The notes under the pieces were generated by a model. The model was given only the letters and a program-made list of their open reading frames with translations, made no database searches and had not been told where the DNA came from. Source: Antedon mediterranea (lineage: Eukaryota > Animalia > Echinodermata). From it: a stretch of DNA of 64,000 nt. Positions 12,546-25,300 of the stretch are shown here, one piece after another (position 1 is the first letter of the stretch; each line of letters starts with the position of its first letter). Position numbers and translations under genes: made by a program. The stretch spans positions 23,036,912 through 23,100,911 of the forward strand of contig NC_092675.1 of NCBI RefSeq assembly GCF_964355755.1, in the 5' to 3' direction.

Positions 12546-14295
12546 CAATGATGTTGCGTAGCACTGTGTAAATTATATATAAATCATACTGTAAATTATA
12601 GAAACAGTTCGAATCCCGCCAGAGACAGGTTCGAATCCCGCCAGAGACATTTTTTCATACAACTAAAAAAAATACGGAACTTTCGCCAATGAGCTATGCT
12701 CGACGCGATTATGAGATCATGTTCCGAATATGAGCACTGTTTCTATAATTTACAGTATGATTTATATATAATTTACACAGTGCTACGCAACATCATTGAT
12801 TTACATATACACAATATTATTTAAAAAACCGTTGCGAATTAAAGTGGGAATTTATTCTGACTTGTTAAGCCTCCACTGATTGTGAGGGCGTTTGTTGTAT
12901 GAGAGAATGTATCTGGTGGGTGAAAATCTGTGATAATACCATACATGGCTCTGTGGTCTAGTGGTATGATACTCGCCCTGTAAGCGAGAGGTTGCAGGTT
13001 CGAATCCCGCCAGAGACATTTTTTCATACAACTAAAAAAATGATAAAGATGAGATATATATATACAAAATGATTCCGCCGATATCTAAACAAAATGTAAA
13101 TGACCATTACACGATTTAAATTATAAGTGTCAACAGTTGTAAGGAGAATAAATATAGTGATTTATAATATAAAATAATTATTATATTAGGCCTACAGAAA
13201 TCCCAAAGATTAGTCATAATAAATTTTATTTATCATAAGTCATATAGACTGATAATATTGCTCAAATATATTTGTTCTTAATTGTTAAAACGGTGAACAT
13301 ACTATGCAAGCACTATTATATCCCATTACCAAGGTAACGATAACAAGGGTCATGTTTCTTATTCCGTAACATTTTTCAAGCCCAAAGCTATACTAACTTC
13401 AGTAATACAGTAGTCAAGGTGACGAGCCCACCTAATATAAAAAGTAGTCTGCTTGCACCAAAATTAGATATTTCATATGTATTTGTATTGTCTTTATAGA
13501 GTTGTCAACGATTGGATCACATGTATCAACAGAAGAAACCAATACTTTACCTGAAAATGCTACAACTACTATAAATCCAACAACCAGGAAAACTTTGGCA
13601 ACGCTATCTAATACTCAAAACGCACCTTCCACTAATTCATACACAAGAGTAACCACAGCATCATATAGTACTGCCGATCTTACAAAACTAAACAGTGATA
13701 TTATAAAAACAAAAAGTTCTTCAACTAAGGAAACAACATTCCCAATTTCTGATCAAACATCTGTGGATTTAACATCTTCAAGTGGTTCCACTAAACCTTC
13801 TATTAATTCATATACAACAGTGAACACTCCGGCAACAGATACTACTACTCATTTTACGACAAACAATGAGGCAGAAACAACGGTAGCCGAAATTACTGTG
13901 ACACCCACAGGCAGTGTCTCAACTATGGAGGCACATTTGTCAAGTTCTGATAAAACAACAATGACCACTCCGGGAGCTGATACTACTACTACTACTACTA
14001 CTACTACTCTTACAGCAACAAACAATGAGGCAGAAACATCGGTAGCAGAAACAACTTTAACTACAAACAGTGTATCAACTATGGAGACACCTTTGTCAAG
14101 TCCTGATAAAACATCGGTGGATTCAACATCCTCAAGTGGATCTCCGGAAACAGATACTACTACTCATTCTACGACAAAAAATGGGGCAGAAACAACGGTA
14201 GCCAAAACAACTTTAACAACTACAAACAGTGCATCAACTATGGAGACACCTTTGTCAAGTTCTGATAAAACAACAATGACCACTCCGGGACCTGA

Positions 14296-14339
<44 letters not shown>

Positions 14340-14469
14340 TTACAGCAACAAACAATGAGGCAGAAACATCGGTAGCCGAAACAACTTTAAAAACTACAAA
14401 CAGTGCATCAACTATGGAGACACCTTTGTCAAATCCTGATAAAACAACAATGACCACTCCGGGAGCTGA

Positions 14470-14501
<32 letters not shown>

Positions 14502-14628
14502 TTACAGCAACAAACAATGAGGCAGAAACATCGGTAGCAGAAACAACTTTAACTACAAACAGTGTATCAACTATGGAGACACCTTTGTCAAGTCCTGATA
14601 AAACAACAATGACCACTCCGGGAGCTGA

Positions 14629-14669
<41 letters not shown>

Positions 14670-17224
14670 TTACAGCAACAAAGAATGAGGCAGAAACATC
14701 GGTAGCAGAAACAACTTTAACTACAAACAGTGCATCAACTATGGAGACACCTTTGTCAAGTCCTGATAAAACATCGGTAGATTCAACATCCTCAAGTGGC
14801 TCTCCGGAAACAGATACTACTACCCATTCTACGACAAAAAATGGGGCAGAAACAACGGTAGCCGAAACAACTTTAACAACTACAAACAGTGCATCAACTA
14901 TGGAGACACCTTTGTCAAGTTCTGATAAAACAACAATGACCACTCCGGGAGCTGATAGTACTACTACTACTACTCTTACAGCAACAAAAAATGAGACAGA
15001 AACATCGGTAGCCGAAACAACTTTAAAAACTACAAACAGTGCATCAACTATGGAGACACCTTTGTCAAGTCCTGATAAAACATCGGTAGATTCAACATCC
15101 TCAAGTGGATCTCCGGAAACAGATACTACTACTCATTCTACGACAAAAAATGGGGCAGCAACAACGGTAGCCGAAACAACTTTAACAACTACAAACAGTG
15201 CATCAACTATGGAGACACCTTTGTCAAGTTCTGATAAAACAACAATGACCACTCCGGGAGCTGATACTACTACTACTACTACTACTCTTACAGCAACAAA
15301 AAATGAGGCAGAAACATCGGGAGCCGAAACAACTTTAAAAACTACAAACAGTGCATCAACTATGGAGACACCTTTGTCAAGTCCTGATAAAACATCGGTA
15401 GATTCAACATCCTCAAGTGGCTCTCCTGAAACAGATACTACTACTCATTCTACGACAAACAATGAGGCAGAAACAACGGTATCCAAAATTACTGTGACAC
15501 CCACAGGCAGTGTCTCAACTATGGAGACACCTTTGTCGAGTACTGATAAAACATCGGTAGATTTAACATCCTCAAGTGGCTCTCCGGCGACAGATACTAC
15601 AACACATTCTACGACTAACAATGAGGCAGAAACAACGGTAGCCGAAACTATTGCAACACCCACAAACAGTGCATCAACTATGGAGACACATTTTTCAAGT
15701 TCTGATAAAACATCAGTGGATTTAACATCCTCAAGTGCCTCTACTCTATATTCTACTAATTCATATACAAAAATGACCACTCTGGCAGCTGATCCTACTA
15801 CTACTCATTCCACGACAAACAATGAGGCAGAAACAACGGTAGCCGAAATTACTGTGACACCAACAGACAATGTCTCAACTATGGAAACACCTTTGTCAAG
15901 TTCTGGTAAAACATCAGTGGATTTAACATCCTCAAGTGCCTCTACTCTATATTCTACAAATTCATATACAAAAATGAACACTCAGGTAGCTGATACTACA
16001 ACGACTCATTCCACGACAAACAATGAGGTAGGAACAACTGTAGCCGAAACCACTGTAACACCCACAAACAGTGTATCAACTATGGAGACGAATTTGTCAA
16101 GTTCTGATAAAACATCGGTGGATTTAACATCCACTCTGGCAGCTGGTACTACGACTATTACAACAACAAACAATGAGGCAGAAACATCGGTAGCCGAAAC
16201 CACTTTAACAACAAACAGTGTCTCAACACCTTTGTCAATGTCTGATAAAACATCCTCAAGTGGCTCTCCGGCGACAGATACTACAACACATTCTACAACA
16301 AACAATGAGGCAGAAACAACGGTAGCCGAAACTACTGCAACACCCACAAACAGTGCATCAACTATGGAGACACATTTTTCAAGTTCTGATAAAACATCAG
16401 TGGATTTAACATCCTCAAGTGCCTCTACTCTATATTCTACTAATTCATATACAAAAATGACCACTCTGGCAGCTGATCCTACTACTACTCATTCCACGAC
16501 AAACAATGAGGCAGAAACAACGGTAGCCGAAATTACTGTGACACCAACAGACAATGTCTCAACTATGGAGACACCTTTGTCAAGTTCTGGTAAAACATCA
16601 GTGGATTTAACATCCTCAAGTGCCTCTACTCTATATTCTACAAATTCATATACAAAAATGATCACTCAGGTAGCTGATACTACAACGACTCATTCCACGA
16701 CAAACAATGAGGTAGAAACAACTGTAGCCGAAACCACTGTAACACCCACAAACAGTGTATCAACTATGGAGACGAATTTGTCAAGTTCTGATAAAACATC
16801 GGTGGATTTAACATCCACTCTGGCAGCTGGTACTACGACTATTACAACAACAAACAATGAGGCAGAAACATCGGTAGCCGAAACCACTTTAACAACAAAC
16901 AGTGTCTCAACACCTTTGTCAATGTCTGATAAAACATCAGTGGATTTTACAACATCAAGTCATGAGACAGAAACTTTGGTAGCCCGGTCGACTTTAACAA
17001 ATACAAACAGTATCTCAACTATGCTAACACCTTTGTCAAGTTCTGGTAAAACATCGGTAGATTTAACAACCTCAAGTGGTTCTACTTCACTTTCTACTAA
17101 TCCAACAACAACGATGACCATAACAAATTTAACAACGAATGGTTTTAATACAGAAAAGGTTACTGATTTTTATACAGAGTTAGAAACAATTTTAGCAGAT
17201 GACATTACTTCTCTTACAACATAA
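11824..17224 (+). CDS. Type II single-pass membrane mucin-like Thr/Ser-rich glycoprotein (~1,340 aa; exons 11824-12121 and 13500-17224)
   Basis: Exon 1 encodes a ~65-aa hydrophilic N-terminus and a hydrophobic helix (LVIAIVIGSIAFLVLTVILCVVLI), ending at a phase-1 G|gtaagt donor. The acceptor ctttatag|AG at 13500 puts it in frame with the 1240-aa T/S-rich repeat ORF. Confidence 0.75.
12377..12540 (+). mobile_element. 3' part of the tRNA(ATC)-containing element with (TA)n tail
   Basis: tctcggttggggcgactttttctcattctcacagatttcctcatc...aatttcagtat matches 57941-58025 and is followed by a long (TA)n. Confidence 0.75.
12541..12803. repeat. Perfect 67-bp inverted repeat (12541-12607 / 12737-12803) enclosing a 5'-truncated tRNA(TGT)-family element
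   Basis: taaatcaatgatgttgcgtagcac...tatagaaacag is the exact reverse complement of ctgtttctata...gtgctacgcaacatcattgattta. gttcgaatcccgccagagaca is duplicated inside. Confidence 0.9.
12947..13018 (+). mobile_element. tRNA-like moiety of a SINE-type element (Pro-like body, TGT anticodon); probably not a functional tRNA
   Basis: 72-nt cloverleaf with A box (TGGTCTAGTGG), B box (GGTTCGAATCC) and anticodon stem ctcgc/gcgag around cc-TGT-aa. It has mismatches in the acceptor and T stems, and the same downstream body is repeated at 12650 and 28995. Confidence 0.7.
13820..17000 (+). repeat. Coding minisatellite of the mucin exon with (ACT)n poly-Thr tracts and a 684-bp higher-order duplication
   Basis: Recurrent NNEAETxVAETT...TNSxSTMETPLSSxDKT units. 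Sequence at 15661 recurs at 16345. Confidence 0.9.
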
Positions 17225-18558
17225 CAGAACGAGACAGATATTGGAATAATATAGTACTGTTTCTAAACACCGAATGTGACAAAGTCATCATCAAATAAGT
17301 TAATTATTTTGATCACAATATTATTACTTTCCAAGATCCAAGACCTAATCCCTATACTGTACAACATCAGCTGAGAGTATTGCTGATCTTATAACACCAT
17401 ACAACGGAATAAGGATAAATGCCTCCGTATAGTGGTGATGGTAATTGATTCTATTACACTTTTCCAACAACGATGGAGTAATCATCAAGATCTCCTCCTG
17501 ATACATTATTATTATCATCGTCATCATTATAGTAATTAAAAATGATAGATATGAATGAAGATATTCAGGTTTAGGTCGAAACAAAAAATGATGTACTTGA
17601 CATTTTCTAGATAATGTATAATTGTATAAAAGGAGAAATAATTTATGGTCATTCTGGCCTACGGAACTACCTACTAAACTTAAAAGAATCTGGCTGACAA
17701 GAGTATTAATCCATTGCCGCTTTATTGGGACAGAAAGGAGAGAATAATTATCATGAAATGAAATGTTAACGAATGAAAAAATTCACGAACATAAAATAGT
17801 TTTATTGTGTAAGTACACACCTAATACAATCAATAACCAGCTGCTCTTATCTTAATTTAATGTTGAAAGCTAGGCAATTGAACATTCTCTTTCAAATGTG
17901 TGCCCTACAGGTAGTAGGAGGAGGCCTACCGCATTGCACAACAATGTCATTTATTTTTAAACACAAAATTGACCGTGGAATAGAGGGCCTACATTTTTCG
18001 TTGAAATAAGAGAAAACATTGCATGGCATGTTATACGAAATCAAATGGCAAGGATAAGCTTAGGTGTGCTATAAAGGTTGTTGTAATATCTGTTTTAATT
18101 TCTAAACAGATCGATCGAATACTTGACATTTTCTGTAACACCTGCAATTTTTCGATTATGTTGTTGAACCGGATATTCTATTGGAGCAAAGTAATTTGTT
18201 AATTCAACATTATAAAAAAGACATCCTAGACTCCAAATTATCTGACGACAGAGCCTAAAGTGTTGGTTTCCTCGAACAACAATGTTAAATTTTGCACTAA
18301 ATTGTTTTTTTGTGATGTGATAATACATAACTTACCTACCTGTAGATCTTCCGACAATAGTTAGTTAGTTTGAGACTATTTACAATTATTCAATTTAAAG
18401 CTAATGTAAACCTTTATGACATTATTGTTTTATACATTTTGACAGATTTATTGCCTTTTAGAAAATGTAATTATATAAATAAGGTATATTTATAAATAAA
18501 GTTGATTGAAAAATTGAATTATTTACTTGGTCTAATACTAGACTATATTCGACATAGG

Positions 18559-18939
18559 GTGAATCTTTGTGTGATAAAAGGTTAAATAAATTATATTCCA
18601 TACACAATTATTGAAATAATTAGTTTAAAGATCCGGCTACTTCTAAGTGAAATAAGGCCATATACATGGCTGCAGTCGCGTATTCAAATTTAAATTAGTG
18701 TTTACCGATCTACCGACCGACCGACCGACATAGTGTGAATCTTTGTGTGATAAGAGGTTAAATATATTCCATACTCAATTATTGAAATATTTAGTTTAAA
18801 GATCCGGCTACTTCAAAGTGTAACAAGGCCATATACGTACATGGCTGCAGTCGCGTGTTCAAATTTGAATTAGTGTTTACCGACCTACCGACCGACCAAC
18901 CGACTGACCGACCGACACAGTGAGCTGTAGAATCGCGTG
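18559..18939 (-). mobile_element. Tandemly duplicated HINE 3' end plus flanking DNA (two ~175-bp units)
   Basis: gtgaatctttgtgtgataa...gatccggctacttc...aaggccatatac..atggctgcagtcgcg...(CCGA)n occurs at 18559 and again at 18735. Confidence 0.75.
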
Positions 18940-21900
18940 GAATAGATTGCATACTTAATTTTCCAAAACGTTTAGATTCCTATTTAACAAATAATAATGT
19001 TCCACTTTATCGTGTTTTGTAATAATGAGTTGCGACTAGAATAGATCACGGAAAACAAACCTGACTCTTCCTTTAGCAAGTCGTTATGGGATTACATTGT
19101 TTTCTGCGCTTTCGATGTCTTCGCCATTTAAATATAAAGTATCATAGTAAATCGATTTTAAAATGAATTTGATAAGCTATCATTTTTGAATATTTTAGTA
19201 AATTTAAACTTAATTTCTTGTCGTACAGCGCTATGATGTGTTTACATCCACGTCTTCTTCCATTACAGCCCAGGGCTTGTATAATGTTTTTAGGCAATTA
19301 CGTGATTAGAAAATGTAATGTATATAGCTTATAAAAACAATATTTGAATATGAAATCGGTCATGTGAATAATACCTAATAATAACAACTCCTTTTTAATT
19401 TGATTCACGAAAATTGACAAGGTTAAAATGTATCTCGGTCATATTCGTGCGCAATATCAAAAGGCATTTGTTCATAAAAAATTAATTGATCAAACATAAT
19501 AATAAGTGAATCTATTTTGGGGTCATTTCTAAAAAAACCTGACAGGAACATAATACAGTGTACACACAGCTATGCATAGGCCGCCTACACAGCAAGTTTT
19601 AACAAGTTGTTAATAATTTGATTTAAATCTAGACGCTAATTGTTCATCATAGCAAAATAAATATTGTTCAAACATAAGTGAATCTATTCTGGTCAACATG
19701 ACAGGAATACAGTACATAAACAATATATTGGCTAAGTGTTAATGGTGATTTTAATATAGTGATAACATTACAAAAATTGACCTGAAAATCTTTTTAAATT
19801 TTCACTGAGTCTGTTAAAAGGATTTTTTTTTCTGTTTCTTCACCTACTACTACTACTACTACTACAAAAAAAAGAAAAACAAAATAGGCGGGAGGGTTAT
19901 AATACTTCAATCTATCATCGTTTGTCTTTCTCATCTTACGACGTGGAATCTCAAGAAGGTCGTAATTTTACCAGTAGGCCTACTGCTTTGTTTTTCCATG
20001 ATTGTCCAAACACAGGAGCATTGTGACTATTATTTACCGTAGGCATCACTGGTAAGTTGTCATAACATCAAATGCGTAATATCTCTTGGAAAAAAATTAT
20101 GCCTACAGCCTTGGTTTTTTTCTAATGATATTGAATCTTTAAGACACTTTATTGTATGGCCTATTTTGTCGATGCGCCATAGTTTTCATACGAGAAATAG
20201 GCTTAAAGTAATATTTTCTCCTGAAAAAATATTTAAAAATTCTTTTGTTGAATATGTAATTTTAATGAAATAAAAAATAACTTTGACCACAAATTAGATC
20301 CAAACAAAGATATTTACACGAAAAGTGTAATTTAAAGCAACTGTCAATGGGTTTTTGGTTAAATTTCACTGTTTATTATCAAATTTGTTTTCTATGGAAG
20401 TGAATAGCTTTATGATTAGAACTGAAAACTGGCATAATCTTAATTCATTCTTCTTTTTTTAAAATGTTTTTGAAGGACAATATCATCTTTAATTACAAAA
20501 TCGACATTCCAATTATACATTTTAATTGAACGGTAACACGGAAATTTTAATTTTATTTTTCGTCTCCGTTTATTAATAATAATTTATCAATGATTTAACT
20601 ATATAAAATGCCTTTACAGCTTTATTCGCTCTGTTAATCATGTAATTAATTAGTTTGTTACCAAATACAGTACCTTTCAGTAAACACGTATCTGTATTAA
20701 TCCGCTAGTCTCTTTGGATTCCGTAACAAAATACTACTGTCGATCACACCTCAATAAACACTGGGAATTAAAGCTCAGGTACAGGCATGAATTTTAAATA
20801 TAATATTTGGTTAATTGTACATAAATCAAATATTTGTAACAGAAATCAAGATGAAAAAACATGAATTTCCCTTAATATGGTCAAATACAAAATTTTGTAA
20901 AATTCTTCTATAAAAACCAAAAAGACTTTTTTCAGTAGTTAGGTAGTTAACCTAATGTAATAACATGTCTGGTGACTCCCTAGAAGGTGAAAAACGGTGG
21001 TGGATATACGGTGGATAATTTTTGCTATAGAATGAAAATAAAAATCTGAAGTTGAATAAAAATACCAGAAATGTAATATTCAAGTTATATTACCTATATT
21101 TAGTCATCTGATAACATTTTTTACCACACCGTTTATTTTTCATAGCTTTTTAAAATGCCTCTCTATTTACAAAATTTGTGTACAAAAGAATAGAGATTTT
21201 ACTGTGTAATTTGAACTATCCCCCCACTGATAAGAAAGTGCTTATTTTCAACAAGCTCGTGTAACACAAATAAAATCCCAAAAATTATGAAACATAGGGG
21301 AAACTATAGATCGATAATTATTGGAATGTATGGTCAATAGAAATTTTTTGCCCGCATCTGGCCTTTAAAATCAGTTGCTAAGTAAATCGCACCAATATGT
21401 TTTCACGCTGCTGCTCTAGCCCGCTACGTCCCATTAGGACTACTAAATCAGAAGCTAAAGCAAGCAGCAGTTATAGTTCTAAGGACAGACAGTTTTGTGA
21501 AAATGGAAACTCCACTATGATTTATTGATTCCAGCTGCTACAGTAGACCCAAAAAACGTCTGGGAAAGAGTCTATTAGGACATGTCATGCTAAAATTACA
21601 AATCCCTAAGCATTTCTGGTATATTCAGTGTCAGATATTCATTGAATTATTATCGAAACAGTCCATTAAAGTTTGTGTTAGTAATAGGATACTTCACAAT
21701 TGAAATATCTAGGGTGATGAAGTGACCCCCAGATTTGACCTTAGCAATAAAATTAACTAAAGTGACAGAAATTGAGTATTCACTTCTGTAACAAAAAAAT
21801 ATTTATTCACGTATAAAAAAAGAAAAGAAACCCAAAAACCATTGTCTGACAAACAATTTAAGTATTTGTTGCTTTAAATTACATTTTTTTCAGGTAAAAT

Positions 21901-22314
21901 AACTATTATGTGACAATAAAATGACACATTCAAAAACATTTGAAATAAAAAATATTTTTCAATAAGCGAGCAGCGTTTTTTGTAAGAAATATTTCTTGTT
22001 ATTGATAATTCAACACAACAGGCTAGAGGATGAATGACATTTTTTTGTTAATGTCTTATTAATTCTTAAAAGTGTTAATACACAATTATAGTCATTGTTT
22101 TAGAGTATTAAATGTATCCGCCGAATTAAATGCTACTTTGGGTAATAGATTGATGGCTTCCAAAAAGATTAAACCATCCATCGCAAAAAAATTAAAATGA
22201 CGCGTCATGATCAAGCACTTGACTAATAAAAACGCGTTCCCGTTCGCTGCTCGTCGGATGGCACATGGGGGCGTTGTTTTGTTTTCGCTCGACTTATTCA
22301 TCAAGAACAACAAC

Positions 22315-25300
22315 ATGGCTGATATAATCAGTCGGAGGCGTAAGCATTTAAAGTCTAAAAGAAGGTCTGATGCTTTGGTTTTTCTATCAAACATTCCACT
22401 TGATGGTCCAAGTCATGAGGTTATACAATTAAAACATGCACGTTCGAGTGAATTATCGGATCAATCGCAGGGTAAATTGCAACTTGACAAAGACTGTACA
22501 CGTAGCGGCAGTGCCACTAGGTATACAGCAGCTCTGACTGATGATGTATCGACAGCGGATGAAGTCTTAGGCCTAGGCCTAGGCTTAGTTTCCATGGACA
22601 GCACGTGTGGCATTGCTGGAAGTACAACTCCTATAAGCTCACAACAAGGCATAGGCCAATTGCATCCGGTTGAGGACACAACCATAAGATTTTATGGTGG
22701 AAAGAGACGAAGTAAAGATGAATTAGAGACGAACTTTCGGCAAAGACAAAGTTCAGTAGTTCTTCTAAAAGATCGTTCTCATTCTTTAATTAGTCAAGAT
22801 AAAACTTTAGTTATGGGATCCGTGTTACCTGATGATAAAAAAATAGCATTACCACTATGTGGGAGCAGTAATGGGAATATCAGGTGGGAAGACCTATTGT
22901 GGTTGTACACCTTATTCAGACAAGCATTGTAACGCTGCATTTTATTAAACAATTACTAATACTACCCACACTTTATTACCTGCCAACTCCCATGCATAAA
23001 GGGTCTTTCACACCTGTTCAAGTGTTTCATTTTCACAATGCTACACGAAGCTATATGCGCCAATAGATGTGCATAGCCATGTGAAACGAAACATAGACCT
23101 TTGTTTTAATTTTCAAGCCGCCGGAGTGGAACCATGCAGGAACAGGTGTGAAAGACACTTTTGGTCTCGCACATCTATAAAAATATTTTAGAAAAGTATT
23201 GTTTCAAACTAGCTTGGATGCATAGGGTTATAATGCACTTTCGCACTTTGTTAATGGATATTGTTCTTATAAAATAATAACCCACCTTTATAAAATACCA
23301 ATGTAACATTTTCTCATTGAATTTTTAATACAATTAAAACATTTCCCTGAAACAATTCACCATTCTTAGTAAACCATGTTTAGATAACTTGAACAGTGAA
23401 TATACTTGCATAAAGTATACAATACAGAATACACCTACACAGCAATCAACTGGTGCTGGTCCTGCATGTATGTTTGTACATTAAAATGTTTACTTCTATT
23501 GCATATACTATAACTCCTATAGTAACGTGGGCAAACCTTTTATTAACATTTTCCAGTAAAGTCAACACAAGGTTTGGAAATCCGCCATGCTACTATTTCC
23601 CTTAAAGATGTACATATTCTGTTGTACGGAAATTGTGTATTTGATTCTCGAGTCCAACCTTAAAGTCAGGTGTAAAAACTCATTAGTGCTGTCTACTACA
23701 CACTGTCAATAATTATAGGCCTAAAATATGCAGATGGCTTTTTAGAAAGTGTATTTTTGTGTGTTTAAGATAACATGACTTGCCGCGTAAACAAAATATT
23801 TCTGAAAGCTTTCACAACCAGACTTGGACAGGTAGCTTCTGTAATTCTCCATAGCATTTAAACACGTGATTGGTTACTTCTTGACATGACATGTCTTCTT
23901 GTTTATTGATCCCTTTGTAGCTCAATAGTAGCTATTGGATTGGGTGTGTAAAAAACATGATTGTACAATTGGTGCGCAAGAATGACCATCTTACCCATAA
24001 TAATAATTGGCCAAGATTTTATGAGTTCTTAGTTGACATCACTACCAATTCATGACTCACAGAATCAATGTTATGGAGTGTGTTGCACTTTTTTGTGAAT
24101 AAGTCAGGTATAAATAAGAAATTCGTAGAAACTATATGTGTATGCTACAGTTGATATATTGATCAATTACCTTCCACTAACTAGCCTACAATAATGCATG
24201 TTAACTGACAGCTCTACTACTACATATGCTTGTCTGAATAAGTTGATATAATGAATTTTGATATTTTGTTTATTTTGTTTTCTCTTTTGTAGGAATCGCT
24301 CCAGGTTTATTGTTCTCATTTTAATGCAGTGGATTTACATACACATAAATGTCATCTATTCATGCACATAGTAACTGTACAAACGAAATAATAACAATTT
24401 GTTGACGATTCAATTTTCAAAGCTATACTCTCATAAAGCAAAGAAAGACAAATACATTAATATACACACAGTATGCATTGTGGCTATATTTACTTGTTTT
24501 ATTTATACTCCACATATAATGAAATCTGTTCAAACAGCTTACTTATGTTTTGGTTGGTAACCAATTTCAGTTGGTTGCAAAATTATGTGTAAAATGAGTT
24601 CAAATTTTGTCTAGGTCTACTGAATTTATACATATTTCAAATATTTTTTACCTTTTTAGAATGGTTTTAGTTTCAAGTCAACGATCCCCATTTGCAATAT
24701 TTTCATACTTGTCATATAAACAATTGAAAACAGGAGCAGGCAGGTATGTTTTATGTACTGATAAGTAACAAACATTATGAGTCAGTTTTATGATGTAGTA
24801 ACACCTGGTCGATTCACATACAAAACTACTCTCTTTTTAAGCAGTAAAATCAAATTACAGTATTGACATTGCATAAAATTGACAAGTTCAATACTCGAAA
24901 AAATTGTCATAATAATGCCTTTTATATACAGATTGCTTTATTAAAGGAATTATGAATAGAATAATGAGTTAAATTGTATATTAATTTCAAATATAGAAGT
25001 AATCATAAACATATATTCATGTGCAATAATCTTCTGTTTTTGTCTTTGGTTCAGTTATCAATTCTACTGAATTTTCAACTAATTGTCATTGCAACCCCTT
25101 TTTTCAGATATGAGATTGAATCCAATTTGAGATCTCGGAAACACTCTGGCAACCAGCAAATTGGAACGTGTGATGATTTCGTTGTGAACTTAAACAGTGA
25201 GGTGGCTGACAGTAAGGTAATACAGTAATACTATTATGCATTTAAATTATCTATGTTTTGGTTTTTGCATATTTGACCAAATTTGCTGCTTTTTCATTGC

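Noticed and set aside
12947-13018. Bona fide tRNA-Thr(TGT) gene
   Set aside because: Stem mismatches, a Pro-like body, C at position 33 and a shared repeat body in several truncated copies indicate a SINE-type element.
14164-16887. Val-rich minus-strand ORFs
   Set aside because: Antisense shadows of the Thr-rich mucin repeat.
17225-17520. Continuation of the mucin ORF past its stop
   Set aside because: All frames close quickly and no domain is recognisable, so it was treated as 3'UTR.
22207-22314. N-terminal extension of CABLES from upstream in-frame ATGs
   Set aside because: Family similarity begins just after the ATG at 22315, which has a good context (caacATGG). The extension cannot be supported without transcript data.
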